This document shows, in pieces, positions 14,501 to 27,300 of a stretch of 64,000 nucleotides of DNA. The stretch's first letter is position 1, and each line of letters starts with the position of its first letter. The stretch is from NCBI GenBank assembly GCA_032718475.1, contig JAUCBJ010006245.1:3759-67758 (forward strand), read 5' to 3'. The notes beneath the pieces are model-generated. The model was not told the origin of the DNA. It worked only from the letters and a program-made list of their open reading frames with translations, and did no database searches. Source of the stretch: Nemertoderma westbladi. Taxonomy: Eukaryota; Animalia; Xenacoelomorpha. The position numbers and the translations under genes are program-made.

Positions 14501-15120
14501 ATTCGGTCCCGGACAATTCGGTCCCAAAACACTAAATAAATGGGACCGAATTGTCCGAGTCAGTATCCGGACAATTCGGTCCCGGACAATTCGGTCCCGG
14601 ACAATTCGGTCCCAAAACACAAAATTAATGGGACCGAATTGTCCGGGACCGAATTGTCCGGACCGAATTGTCCGGGACCGAATTGTCCTGCTTCCAGCAT
14701 CAGCTCCCCACTCCAACAACCAACTCCCACCCAACCTACCTTTAGCATCAGCTCTCCCACCCAACCTACCTTTAGCATCAGCTCCCCACTCCAACAACCA
14801 ACTCCCACCCAACCTACCTTTAGCATCAGCTCCCCACTCCCACAACCAACTCCCACCCAACCTACATTTAGCATCAGCTCTCCACTCCCACAACCAACTC
14901 CCACCCAACCTACCTTTAGCATCAGCTCTCCCACCCAACCTACCTTTAGCATCAGCTCTCCCACCCAACCTACCTTTAGCATCAGCTCCCCACTCCCACA
15001 ACCAACTCCCACCCCACCTACCTTTAGCATCAGCCCCCACTCCAACAACCAACTCCCACCCAACCTACCTTTAGCATCAGCTCTCCCACCCAACCTACCT
15101 TTAGCATCAGCTCTCCCACC
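2522..15120 (-). repeat. Intron 7 satellite: 48-bp (plus 30/47/18-bp variant) tandem array built from the exon 7 end and its donor
   Basis: Unit GAGCTGATGCTAAAG|gtaggttgggtgggagttggttgtgggagtggg; 30-mer GGTGGGAGAGCTGATGCTAAAG|gtaggttg; ~270-290 units by length. Confidence 0.97.
14430..14695. mobile_element. Foldback/MULE-like MITE inserted in the intron 7 satellite
   Basis: Inverted termini GGATGTAGGA.../...TCCTGCTTCC; arms built of 15-bp GGACAATTCGGTCCC repeats; 9-bp TSD AGCATCAGC (14421-14429, 14696-14704). Confidence 0.85.
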
Positions 15121-15288
15121 ATCATCATCGCTCGCTGATGAACCATCATCATCACGAACCCCCAAATCAGCCAACTCATCATCGTCGTAACGACCACCCA
15201 TCCCTCCCCCCATGATTCCCCGTAGCTGATCCCGCTTCTGTTCCTCTTGCAGACTTTCCTGCATTCGTTTCATTGAATCATCGCTCGC
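15099..15288 (-). CDS. CLUAP1: CLUAP1 exon 7 (ASDDSMKRMQESLQEEQKR...GGRADAK + 1 nt)
   Basis: tgcag acceptor, AAG|gtaggt donor, 190 nt ending in phase 1; end of coiled coil into the acidic tail. Confidence 0.9.
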
Positions 15289-15638
15289 CTGCAATCAGGT
15301 ATTATATCCGTTAGGAACTTATTAACACACAATGACATGACTGCAAATGTTAAATGGCAGACATTAATTGTGATTTTGACAGAATGCAGAAAAACCTAAA
15401 TGCCATTCTGATAAATGACATAATGTTAAATATCTTGATCGGTGAGTTTGTTACCTATACAACAGAAACAAACACACCGGCACCAAAATCAGCCATCACC
15501 CATTAATACGAATACTACTAGTAATAATATAAATTTAATATAATAGGGTTTCCAAAAACATTTTTAATTTAGTCAAACAATCTCAAACACTCTTAGTCAA
15601 CATCGAACCCTGGCAGAGTGGCAGACATGGAGTTCCTG

Positions 15639-16403
15639 TTACTGCTCACTGCACTGTGCATTACTGCTCACTGCATTGTGCATTACTGCTCACTGCACTA
15701 TGCATTACTGCTCACAGCACTATGCATTACTGCACAATGCACTATGCATTACTGCTCAATGCACTATGCATTTTAGTGCTCAGTGCACTGTGCATTACTG
15801 CTCATTGCTCACTGCACTGTGCATTACTGCTCAGTGCTCAGTGCACTGTGCATTACTGCTCACTGCACTGTGCATTACTGCTCACTGCACTATGCATCAC
15901 TGCTCAGTGCACTGTGCATTACTGCTCAGAGCCCACTGCACTGTGCATAACTGCTCACTGCACTGTGCATTACTGCTCACTGCACTGTGCATTACTGCTC
16001 AGTGCTCACTGCACTGTGCATTACTGTTCATTGCACTGTGCGTGTGCACTACTGCTCACTGCACCATGCATTACTGCACACTGCACTGTGCATTACCGCT
16101 CACTGCACTATGCATTACTGCACACTGCACTGTGCATTTACTGGTCACTGCAGCGCGCATTACTGCACACTACACTGTGCATTTACTGGTCAATGCACTA
16201 TGCATTACTGCTCACTGCACTGTGCATTACCGCTCACTGCACTATGCATTACTGCACACTGCACTGTGCATTACCGCTCACTGCACTATGCATTACTGCA
16301 CAGTGCATTTAATGGTCACTGCAGCGCGCATTACTGCTCAGTGCACTGTGTATTTAATGGTCACTGCACTATGCATCACTGCTCATTTCACTATGCATTA
16401 CTG
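15639..16403. repeat. Degenerate ~22-bp minisatellite (TGCATTACTGCTCACTGCACTG)n in intron 6
   Basis: ~35 imperfect units starting ~16 nt past the exon 6 donor. Confidence 0.92.
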
Positions 16404-16419
16404 TCCAACACAATCCCAC

Positions 16420-16561
16420 CTCTTGTTGACTCTGTTCTGTCCGGTTTAATTCTTCCAGTAGACTTTCCAAATAGCTCAAATTGCGAAACTTTGTTATGTA
16501 AACTTGATAAATTTTCTGAAGTTCTTCTTCGAACTTTTCGTAATCGTCCATGTAGGCAGGT
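16420..16561 (-). CDS. CLUAP1: CLUAP1 exon 6 ([18 protein letters not shown]...EQSQQE)
   Basis: ttttattag acceptor completes the AGA codon; GAG|gtggga donor; RPxxMDxYEK motif. Confidence 0.95.
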
Positions 16562-16984
16562 CTAATAAAAATAAAATATTGTTACTTAGCAACGACTTTA
16601 TATCGTTGATATTAATGGTTACTGGTTCCATTTAAATTACCTACTAAGACACGCGCTCCACTGCACTGGTATATAAGTCGTATGTCATAGGTCGAAATAA
16701 ATTATGGAACACATTGGTTTCAATGGGAGCGTCTCCACTGGTATGTCATAGTTACGACAAATGAGTCGAAAGTGCATCTTTTGACATACGACGCATGAGT
16801 TATATCCGGCTAGAGGCCTGTGATTGGTTACTTTGTGTAGCTGCAAGCCAATATTGTACAGCAATTTATTACCAATGCTTACAGCATTCCTTATTTTAGT
16901 CTATACTTACCACTTTCGCATAACAGATAATAAAGAATATAATCATATATAATGAATGGGAGAATCTTTTAGGCTCGTTAAGCC

Positions 16985-18416
16985 AAGGAATGTCTGTTCA
17001 CCACCATGGGTGATCGTAAACAGTAAACCCTTTCACTCTGTTTCCTAAAGGAATGCCTGTTCACTACCATTAGGGATCTTCCACAGTAAACCCTTCCACT
17101 CTGTTTCCTAACCACTCTGTTTCCCCCACAGTAAACCCTTCCACTATGTTTCCTAAAGGAATGTCTGTTCACCACCATGGGTGATCGTCCACAGTAAACC
17201 ATTAAACTCTGTTTCCTAAAGGAATGCCTGTTCACCACCATGGGTTATCTTGCACAGTAAAACCTTCCACTACGTTTCCTAAAGGAATGCCTGTTCACCA
17301 CCATGGGTGATCTTCTGATCTTCCACAGTAAACACTTCCACTCTGTTTCCTAAAGGAATGCCTGTTCACCACCAAGGGTGATCTTCCACTGTAAACCCTT
17401 CCACTTTGTTTCCTAAAGAAATGCCTGTTCACAACCATGGGTGATCTTCCACAGTAACCCCTTCTACTCTGCTTCCAAAAGGAATGCCTGTTCACCACCA
17501 TGGGTGATCTTCTGATCTTCCACAGTAAACCCTTCCACTCTGTTTCATAAAGGAATGCCTGTTCACCACCATGGGTGATCTTCCACAGTAAACCCTTCAA
17601 CTCTGTTTCCTAAAGGAATGCCTATTCACCACCATGGGTGACCTTCCACAGTAAATCCTTCCACTCCGTTCCCTAAAGGAATGCCTGTTCACCACCATGG
17701 GTGATCTTCCACAGTAAACCCTTCCACTCTATTACCTAAAGTAATGCCTGTTCACCACTGTTATCTTCCATAGTAAACCCTTCCACTCTATGTCCTAAAG
17801 GAATGCCTGTTCATCACCATGGGTGATCTTCCATAGTAAACCCTTCCACTCTGTTTCCCCAACAGTAACCCCTTCCACTCTGTTTCCTAAAGGAATGTCT
17901 GTTCACCACCATGGGTGATCTTACACAGTAAACCCTTTCACTCTGTTTCCTAAAAGGAATGCCTGTTCACCACCTTGGGTGATCTTCCACAGTAAACCCT
18001 TCCACTCTGTTTCCTAAAGGAATGCCTGTTCACCAAAATGGGTGATCTTCCATAGTAAACCCTTCCACTCTGTTTCCCCCACAGTAAACCCATCCACTCT
18101 GTTTCCTAAAGGAATGTCTGTTCACCACCATGGGTGATCGTCCACAGTAAACCCTTCCACTCTGTTTCCTAAAGGAATGCCTGTTCATCACCATGGGTGA
18201 TCTTCCACAGTAAACCCTTCCATTACGTTTCCTAAAGGAATGCCTGTTCACCACCATGGGTGATCTTCTGATCTTCCACAGTAAGCACATCCACTCTGTT
18301 TCTTAAAGGAATGCCTGTTCACCACCATGGGTGATCTTCTGATCTTCCACAGTAAACACTTCCACTCTGTTTCTTAAAGGAATGCCTGTTCACCACCATG
18401 GGTGATCTTCCACAGT
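16985..18416. repeat. ~63-bp minisatellite (AAGGAATGCCTGTTCACCACCATGGGTGATCTTCCACAGTAAACCCTTCCACTCTGTTTCCTA)n
   Basis: ~22 imperfect units with internal sub-duplications; directly abuts the truncated BEL integrase. Confidence 0.93.
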
Positions 18417-20886
18417 TCATCGGACAAAGGGGTCTCGAGTTTATTAACATTTCTACTTCCACTAACATAGTTCGGTAGGTCTCTTCAGCGATCACTTGAT
18501 GGTGTAAGTTTCGGTCTGTAGATATACTCCGTAGAGTTTCTCGAGTTGTTCTAATTAGGCGTTCAGTTATTCCATTTTGGTGACTCCCTTTGGGTGCTGA
18601 CCATTCCCAGGCTACTTCCGGTCGGAATTCTTCCGGGATGCCCATTTGCTTCGCCCTGGTCACCATATTTTGTAATTGGTTTTGTGCACCCGTAAAATGA
18701 GTTCCCTGATCCGAATATAATATCGAAACATTTCCATATCGGCAGATAAATCTCCTTAGTACTAGACTCAGAGCATCTGCTGAATAATCCGCCGCTAAAT
18801 CCAGCGCCACAGCGCGACATAAGAAACACGTGAATACTTGCACGTGAATAATTGTTTGACTTCCACCCTGCCGCACATTCAGGTTATGGGTCCAAACAGA
18901 TATACTCCACAGTAGGTGAACGGTGAGTCGTACATATGAGTCCTGTTCCATGATATCAGGGCCATTAATTGTGAGCCCACTTTACCCCATTTCCTTTGGC
19001 ATTTAATGCAGGTGCGTATCACATGTTTAACTTTAGATCTTAATTTGAAAATCCAGAAACGTCTTCGCACCTTATACATGGTGTAGTCGAATCCCTGGTG
19101 GGTGATATCCTGATGTGCCCCTCTGACTACTGTTGTAATCGGTGACTCATTTGGTGACAGTATGGGAAACTTCTCATTGTAATCCAGTTCCGTGTATAGG
19201 AAACGTGTATGGCATCTTATGACCCCAAGGGGGCCAAGAAACAGACAAAGCTTCTGTAACAGATTATTCTTAACCAGCTGGATGTTCCTTTCTAGATCAA
19301 TTATAGTCGACAAGTGTTTAGCTTGTAGATGTTTCATAATGGTGGTGAACACCATTTCTTTATAATCTGCTTAGATCAGTTGAAAGCTTATAAACTTGTT
19401 CTTTTTGCACTGGGCATTGTAAAGTATCTTGTCCCATAGGATCATCAGGTTTGCCAGTCTATTCATATTGATGTTGAAGGAACCATTTCCAGCCAAGATT
19501 TTGTTTATGGGATGTTCGTCATCTGTTGCTGTTGTTGCATATGCCGCCGTGACTTACTTCTCTTTGTCGGGTTTATAATCATCCACCTACTCTGGTTTCT
19601 TTCCTTTATGAGGGCCATTGACAATTTCTGAAGGCCACTCCTTGTCTGGGAGTCTGAGGAATTCTGGTCCATAGAACCAAAAGTCGTTGAACCTTGTTAT
19701 AAACTCTTCCGGGAAAAATCCGCTCCTTGCACAGTCTGCTGGGTTCATTTCTGTGGGAACATATCTCCAATGTCTTATCTCGGTGAACCTTCTCACTTCC
19801 TCTATCCGGTTTGCTACAAAAGGCTACGAAGCGTCTTGACACGTTTGATAGTTGACATAGCACCACCTCTGAGTCCGAATATAAATAGTTTCGTTCGATT
19901 TTGAGTTCCAACGCACTCATAATTTCCGCGTGCGCTTTAACTGTGAGTACTGCCGCTGATAACTCCATCCTGGGTACCATTTGTGTAGATATGGGTGCTG
20001 GTCATGTTCTTGAATATACGAGCCTAGTATGAATAGGCTCACCCTCCCCACCCACACAACGAAGGTACGAAACGGTGCCGTAACCGGTTTCGCTGGCATC
20101 ACAGAATTTATGTAACTCGTATATTGGAGTATCCGGAATTATCAGGAAATACAGATGGGGTATCCGCAGTTCTGAAAGGATTTCTAGTTGGGAAGTTTAC
20201 TTTATCCAGTCAGTTAGCAATGCTGGTGGTAGTTGTTTATCCCTATCCAGTTTGTCTATCCAACATTTCTGGAACATGATTTTTCCTTGTAACGCGATTG
20301 GTGCAACGAGTCCTAGTGGATCGTATATGGACATAATGATGGAGAGAATTGTCCATTTCGTTGCCATTCCTGGTTTATCACCATCTGCAGTTTAACTGCA
20401 ATGGTGAACGTGTCTTCTTCAGGCCACCATTTTACTCCTAATGCCCTTGTCAACGGCATTTCGTCCAAATCCAGATCTAGAATTCCTTTCGCAACTTTGT
20501 CTGCTGGTATGTTGTTGAGAAATTGTCGCGAGTTCGATAGGAATTTGGTTGCATTGAATCCTCCTCTCTTTAGACAGTCTATTAGATTATACGCCAACAG
20601 TACCACTTTGTTTACGGTTGATTCACCTGTGAATCCATCCTCCACGTAGAAACGTTTCTGGATCGTCTCATTTACATTGGCGTGATATCTGTGGGAGTTT
20701 TCGCTTGCGGTCCTTTTCAGTGGGAAGGCCATTATAGATGGGGCATCAGTGGTGCCAAACATCTTTGCATTCATTTGAATGTGTTTAGTCTGTTATGGAT
20801 TCAGGTTCCTCAATTCCATCATACCATAATATGGTTTGGGATACAGCATCCTCGGGGTATACCTTGACTTGATGGAACATCGCTTC

Positions 20887-21059
20887 TGCTGTGATCTTAA
20901 TAATATAGTTAGATCATGCAAAATGTAAATTAAGTTTATCCTGTATATAGGTAATCCCGTAGTATATTAGTCGTACTTATCCTAAGCTAGAATACATTTT
21001 GAATTTCCCGCCACCTGCATTTAAATGTTATATAAACATAATAAGGGTAGAACCCACCA
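20887..21059 (-). repeat. Gypsy 3' LTR
   Basis: Preceded by polypurine tract AAAGGGGGGAGT (21071-21060). Confidence 0.95.
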
Positions 21060-21100
21060 ACTCCCCCCTTTAAGATTGAGTTTGTCTAACGAGATCGGAG

Positions 21101-23781
21101 TCAGTATTTTGTAGAGTCATAACGGATGGGCTGGTGTCGAATTCTACTACTCCTACGTAACATGGCAGTAGGAGGCTCATCTTTCTGGAATACCACAACA
21201 TCCATTGCTGGGTTAAGAGTGCATTTATTTTTCTGATTGTTGTTCGGTGGAATTCTATTTTTATGATATTCTTTTAGTATACCCTTTGGGAGTAATCGTG
21301 CTGAATACTTCATTTGCGGTTCCTGGTCCAGAATATTACGTCGAATATGGCGACGGTTGCGCCACAGAACATGGCCACTTGGTAAACGTATATGGTAATT
21401 GCGGCCACTGGCTCCTATAATAGAACCAGTACGATCCCACAGTTTAGTTTTTGCATTCTGAATGTGAACAGGTGTATGTACAGTTAGGGCCTTTAGTGGA
21501 CGGTTCTGGATTTGGGGAGGGGGTGTCACCATAGTGTCAAGAGTGTCGAGATGTTTGGTCCACTGAGATGAAAAATTTGTATGGTGAGACGGTACACGTG
21601 CCCTAGTTTGGCGTCCGAATACAAGCTCAGCGGGAGAAAATCCATTTACCCGTGGCGTATTTCGCAGTTCGAGTAAACGTTTATGGAAACTATCAGTTTG
21701 TATATCCCCATGATGTGATGATGTGGCGACCAGGTGTTTGAGTGTTTTAACAGCCGACTCCGTGAGTCCGGTACTTTGAGGGAAATGAGGGGCAGAGAAC
21801 AACTGATTGACTCCCCAATCCTGAAGGAATGATCGGAATTCCGCCGAATGGAATTGTGGACCTCCATCAGTCCGCAGTTTAATGGGAATTCCCAGGTTAC
21901 TGAAAAGATGGCGAAGTACTGTAGCAACTTTTGCAGAATTAGGGTCATGCCGTCCGAATGCATGGATTTCAGGCCATCCTGAAAAGCGGTCAATGTATGC
22001 TAAATAATGTTGACCTGCATAGCTGAAAAGATCCAAACCAACCTCTTCGAATGGACGTGTAGGTTGAAGGTCAGAAAGTAAAGGCTCTGGTGGTAAAGAT
22101 GGTTTATGTTGTTGAAATGGCATACATTTCCCAACTTTGTTTATTATGTCCACGGTTAAACCGGGCCAGAATACAGTTTGACGGGCTCGTCGTTTGGAAC
22201 GTTCAATGCCCTGATGAGATTGATGTAAAAGTTCTAGAACGTGGCAACGTTGAGATTGTGGAATAACAATACGGGATAAATACAGGACAAGCCCATCATC
22301 AACTGACAAATCATTTCGTAATTTCCAATATGGTTGTAGATTGTGAACTAAGTTCGTCGGCTTTGCTGGGAATCCATTCTGGATTAGATAGATCAGTTTC
22401 TGGTATTCTGGATCCAAAATGGCCGCTTGTTTTATACTTTCTATATTTGGGTCATTGAGGGAAGAATTTGAGTTGTTGTCAGCTAACGCAATGACAGTGG
22501 CATTAATATGTGCACACATGTAAGTGTTGATCTCCTGTTTGGTAGTGACATCATCTGGGGTTGGGTTACCAACTGGTGCGCGAGAAAGCGCATCTGGTAT
22601 GTAATGGGTTTTACCTTTCTTCCATTCGATATAGAAGGAATAAGATATAAGAGTTTTTCCTTGAGACGCCTCAGCCTCGGATTATCAATGTTATCAAGAG
22701 TTTTTTCGTTTAGAATTGCTAGAAGCAGTTTGTGATCACTCACAATAATGAAATGTGGAATGCTGAGTAGATATATATGACATTTCTTAATGGCCCAAGC
22801 AATGGCAAGTGTTTCAAGTTCGATGACTGTGTATCGTAACTCAGTGTCTGTGAGGAATCGTGATCCACACTGGATGAGATTAAGGTGCCCTGAGGATGTC
22901 GGTTGTAGTAAAACAAAACCGAGTCCTTTCAACCTAGAAGCGTCAGTATGAAGTTCTACTGGGAGATTTGGATCGAATGGAGTAAGAATCGGTGGGGAAA
23001 CTAGAGCCAGTTTAACATCATTGAAGGCATTGGTGTGGTTGGGCGTCCACTGGAAGACGTTAGCTTTCTTAAGTAGTGGGCGTAGTGGTGTTGCAGCAGC
23101 ACTTACCTTACTCGAAAATGAACCAAGCTGGTTCACAATTCCAAAAAATGATCGCAGTTCTGATATGTTTATTGGAATTGGAAAATTAGATAGAGCAGAA
23201 ATTTTAGTTGGATCTGCCTCTATTCCATAAATACCGACTCTGTAACCAACATAGTCAACAGTGTCTTTGGCAAATATGAATTTCTTTGGATTCAATGTGA
23301 TTTGATGAGTGCGGCACCACTGTAGAACCTCAATAATTCGTTCTACATGGTTGGGAAAAGAACCAGTGTGGACCAACATGTCGTCCACAACTTTCTCGAG
23401 GTTGTCAATCCCCTGAATAGCAAGATCTCCACGACGACTATATTCATCCCCTGTTGATATCAACCCCATAGGAGCCCGCAGGAATTTAAAACATCCTTGG
23501 GGACAGATAAAAGTTGTGAGGAACTGACTGGCAGTGTCGAGGGGAATCTGCCAATAGCCCTTAAGTGCAACGAGTGTTGAAAAGTAACGATCATCTCGAT
23601 GGATAGAATCAACAGCGTCCTTTGGAGTCCGTAGAGGATGATATGGACGCACGCAGAAAGAATTGAGTTTAGTAAGATCTACACATATCCGCACTTCCTC
23701 AGGTGAGTGTGATTTTTTGGTGACAACCATCGGATGGCACCACTCGGTAGGGACGTCACTAACACGTTCAATTATACCTTT
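21101..23781 (-). pseudogene. Gypsy pol, RT-RNaseH-integrase part (frameshifted)
   Basis: VRICVDLTKLN, KGYWQI, VVDD, LHTDAS, ELETLA, HQSHQG, TDGGPQF; first RT Asp appears replaced (LVALKG); frameshift near 22500-22630. Confidence 0.92.
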
Positions 23782-24359
23782 TTTTTTTTCTCTAGCGGTA
23801 GGACTGTATATTGAATTAAGCTTAACAGGGTCACATTATGACAATTGACAATAACAATAACAATTCGGACAGATAAGGCCCTATATCCAGCTTAGTTACT
23901 ATATCAGATTAGAGTTGCTAGGAGTGACAGTTGTAAATATATGGTAAACAATAAACTTTATAAAATAAAAATATACTAGACCGACAGGCGCGCTGACTCA
24001 CAACCAAGCCACAAAATAGAAGGCACATCAATAAACATAAAAAATAAGAATAATATAATGTAGCAACATACAGTGAAATTTAATTTACATTACCAAATGA
24101 ATCTATTTAATTAGCTAACAAAGACAGTTGAAGGGAAAAGGTATATATGCAAGCAAGTAAGTAAATATTTTGGGCTAATGGTTTTGTTTTATTGTGAAAG
24201 TAGCCGAAAACGCTGAGTAGAGACAATAAAGGTGTTTAGAAGGGAGAAATATTTGTTGTAATCGGTCGCAGATATACCTTGTCCCTCTAAAACAGAGTTT
24301 AATGACAGTGAAGCCCCCAGGGCTTCCAACCCAACCTTCAGTGTACGGCGGGCACCAGA

Positions 24360-27300
24360 TTAACTCGGACAAGTTATAAAAAAGTGAAAGGCGTTTTCTG
24401 TGGCAGCACCGCATGAGGTGCACTCAGGTGAGTCCTGAAGGTGCCTGGATACCATGTCTGCAGATAATTCACTACACCGCAGTCGCAACTGGCAGACAAT
24501 GATTTGAAATTTGCGGGTTCCAACACAGTAAAATGGTTTGATAACATTATTTGAAATGAGTTGGGATTTAAACGTCGGGAGAGGGAGTGAACGTTTTAAA
24601 AAGGGAGATCGTTCCATTTTTTTATAGTGTTTGGAAAGAAAGATTTGCCATAAAGGTCTTTACGGTACGATATTTGGGAAATGTTGGCGCTGTTTCTGAG
24701 AGGGTAACTATGTGATGGGTTTTGCCCCACTGTAATTGGGATTCTGGAAAATAAGTACTCCGGAGTTAACTTGTTAATAATTTTATAAAAAGTTATTAAG
24801 CAGATGGCTGAGCGCCTGGAAGAGAGACTCTGTATGTTGCATTCGGTATATAACTTGCTATGTGAAGTGCGAGATGGAGCACCAGTGGCAATTCTTAGAA
24901 TTTCAAGTTCAAAATTGTCAAGTAGTTCAGACATTTCTTGAGATATGTTGTTCCAGACCGCACAGCCGTATTCCAGTTTAGGACGTATAAATGTTTTGTA
25001 TATTTTTAGTATTGCATCTTTGGATAGGACGTATTTAGTTTTCCGCAGAACCAATAGATTTCTCGAAACTGAGTTAATTAGTTCTAGGACATGGTCATTG
25101 AACTTGAAATTGGAAGAAAATACCAGTCCCAGGTGTTTGTGAGTCTCACCACACGGAAGGGCCTCACCATTTAGATATAGTGGCACTGTCTGGTAGGGGA
25201 TGGAACCACACATAGTCATTACAATGGTTTTCTCTGGGTTAAAAGTTACGAGCCATTTAGTAGCCCAAGTGTGTAGTTCATGAAGTTCGTGGTTAAGAAA
25301 GTGAGCGCGCACAACAGGATGACTGATTCTAGATGAAAGAGATGTATTGTCAGCAAACAGTGAACAGTTTGCCGACAATACATCAACAAGGTCATTTATG
25401 TAAATAATAAATAAGATGGGACCGAGCACACTTCCCTGTGGTACGCCTGCGAGCACCGCCAGAAACAGTGAGCATGTCCCATCTAGTACTACACGCTGCC
25501 AACACCCTGATAAATAACATTGGAACCATGCCAATAAACGACCGCGGATTCCCATTCTATATATTTTTTCAAGGAGACCTGCGTGCCATACCCTGTCAAA
25601 GGCTTTTGTGACATCACAGAATATTACTTGTGTGACGTCGCCTTCATCCCATGCCTGGCACCAGGAGTCGTATAGGAAGAGAAGTTGGTTTTGGCAACTA
25701 TCGCCGGGAATAAATCCTGATTGTCGTTTCGATATTTTATGCCATAGGAAATTCCAGATATGCTTTCTGACAACAGTTTCAAAAAGCTTAGAAAGGTTAT
25801 TTAATAAAGAAATTGGGCGATAGTTGCCGGAATTATAAAATTCTCCCTTTTTAAAAATTGGAGTAATATTAGAATACTTCCAGGATTGTGGAAAAATAGA
25901 AATGTTAAGTAACGCGTTAAATAAAATAGTTAGACCGACTATTAAAGAGCCGGATAATGATTTAATAACTCTGTTACTTATTCCATCGATACCAGGAGAT
26001 CCATTCGTTTTTAAGGACGAAATACCTGCACCTATGTCCTCTTCTGAAATCTGTATGTGCTCTAGGACTGCTTCTTCAGGGACGCCCTGAACAGTACAGG
26101 GGTCAGGGTGTAGTGAAGTCGGGGGTAAAGATTGTGGTATGGGATGTACCGCTGCAGGCTCCACGGGATATACCACTGATGGTAGGGTAGTCTGGGGTAT
26201 GGGGTGCACTGCTGGAGGTACAATCGGAGGTGTGGGATGTACTACCGGTGGTACAGTCAGGGGTATAGGGTGCACTGCTAGAGGTACAATCGGAGGTGTG
26301 GGATGTACCACCGGTGGTACAGTCTGGGGTGCACAGCTGGAGGTACAATCGGAGGTGTGGGATGTACTACCGGTGGTACAGTCTGGGGTATGGGGTGCAC
26401 TGCTGGAGGTACAATCGGAGGTGTGGGATGTACTACCGGTGGTACAGTCTGGGGTATGGGGTGCACTGCTGGAGGTACAATCGGAGGTGTGGGATGTACT
26501 ACCGGTGGTACAGTCTGGGGTATGGAGTGCACTGCTGGAGGTACAATCGGAGGTGTGGGATGTACTACCGGTGGTACAGTCAGGGGTATGGGGTGCACTG
26601 CTAGAGGTACAATCGGAGGTGTGGGATGTACCACCGGTGGTACAGTCTGGGGTATAGGGTGCACTGCTGGAGGTACAATCGAAGGTGTGGGATGTACTAC
26701 CGGTGGTACAGTCTGGGGTATGGGGTGCACTGCTGGAGGTACAATCGGAGGTGTGGGATGTACTACCGGTGGTACAGTCTGGGGTATGGGGTGCACTGCT
26801 GGAGGTACAATCGGAGGTGTGGGATGTACTACCGGTGGTACAGTCTGGGGTATGGGGTGCACTGCTGGAGGTACAATCGGAGGTGTGGGATGTACTACCG
26901 GTGGTACAGTCCGGGGTATGGGGTGCACTGCTGGAGGTACAATCGGAGGTGTGGGATGTACAACCGGTGGTACAGTCTGGGGTATGGGGTGCACTGCTGG
27001 AGGTACAATCGGAGGTGTGGGATGTACTACCAGTGGTACAGTCGGGGGTATGTGGTGAAGCACTGGAGGTACTACAGAAAGTACCACCGGTGGTACAGGC
27101 TGGTGTGTGCGATGTACTAGTGGTGGTGCTGTCTGAGGTGTGGATTGTACTGGGGTCGTCGGTAATAAACCTGGTAAAGTGGAATTAATGACAAATCTGT
27201 TATTTAGAACTTGGGCTTTGTCAAAGGCTTCATACACCGCTGTATCACCATCAAATAAGAACAGGATGGATGATAATTTGTTTTTCCCCAGTACCGACTT

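Noticed and set aside
14031-14700. GPNCP / DRIVR repeat peptides
   Set aside because: They are translations of the MITE 15-mers.
2336-15190. Very long ORFs on both strands (1413, 1352, 2048 aa and others)
   Set aside because: They are stop-free frames of a 48-bp repeat lying in a CLUAP1 intron; several overlapping frames are open and indels swap them freely.
15656-16565. Cys/His-rich ORFs resembling metallothionein or zinc fingers
   Set aside because: They are translations of a 22-bp minisatellite open in several frames.
16645-16800. Possible MITE remnant (repeated CTCCACTG / GTATGTCATAG, inverted TGACATACGAC)
   Set aside because: I could not define termini or a TSD.
26139-27188. Plus-strand Gly/Thr/Cys repeat ORFs
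   Set aside because: They are antisense frames of the LINE's 66-bp repeat.
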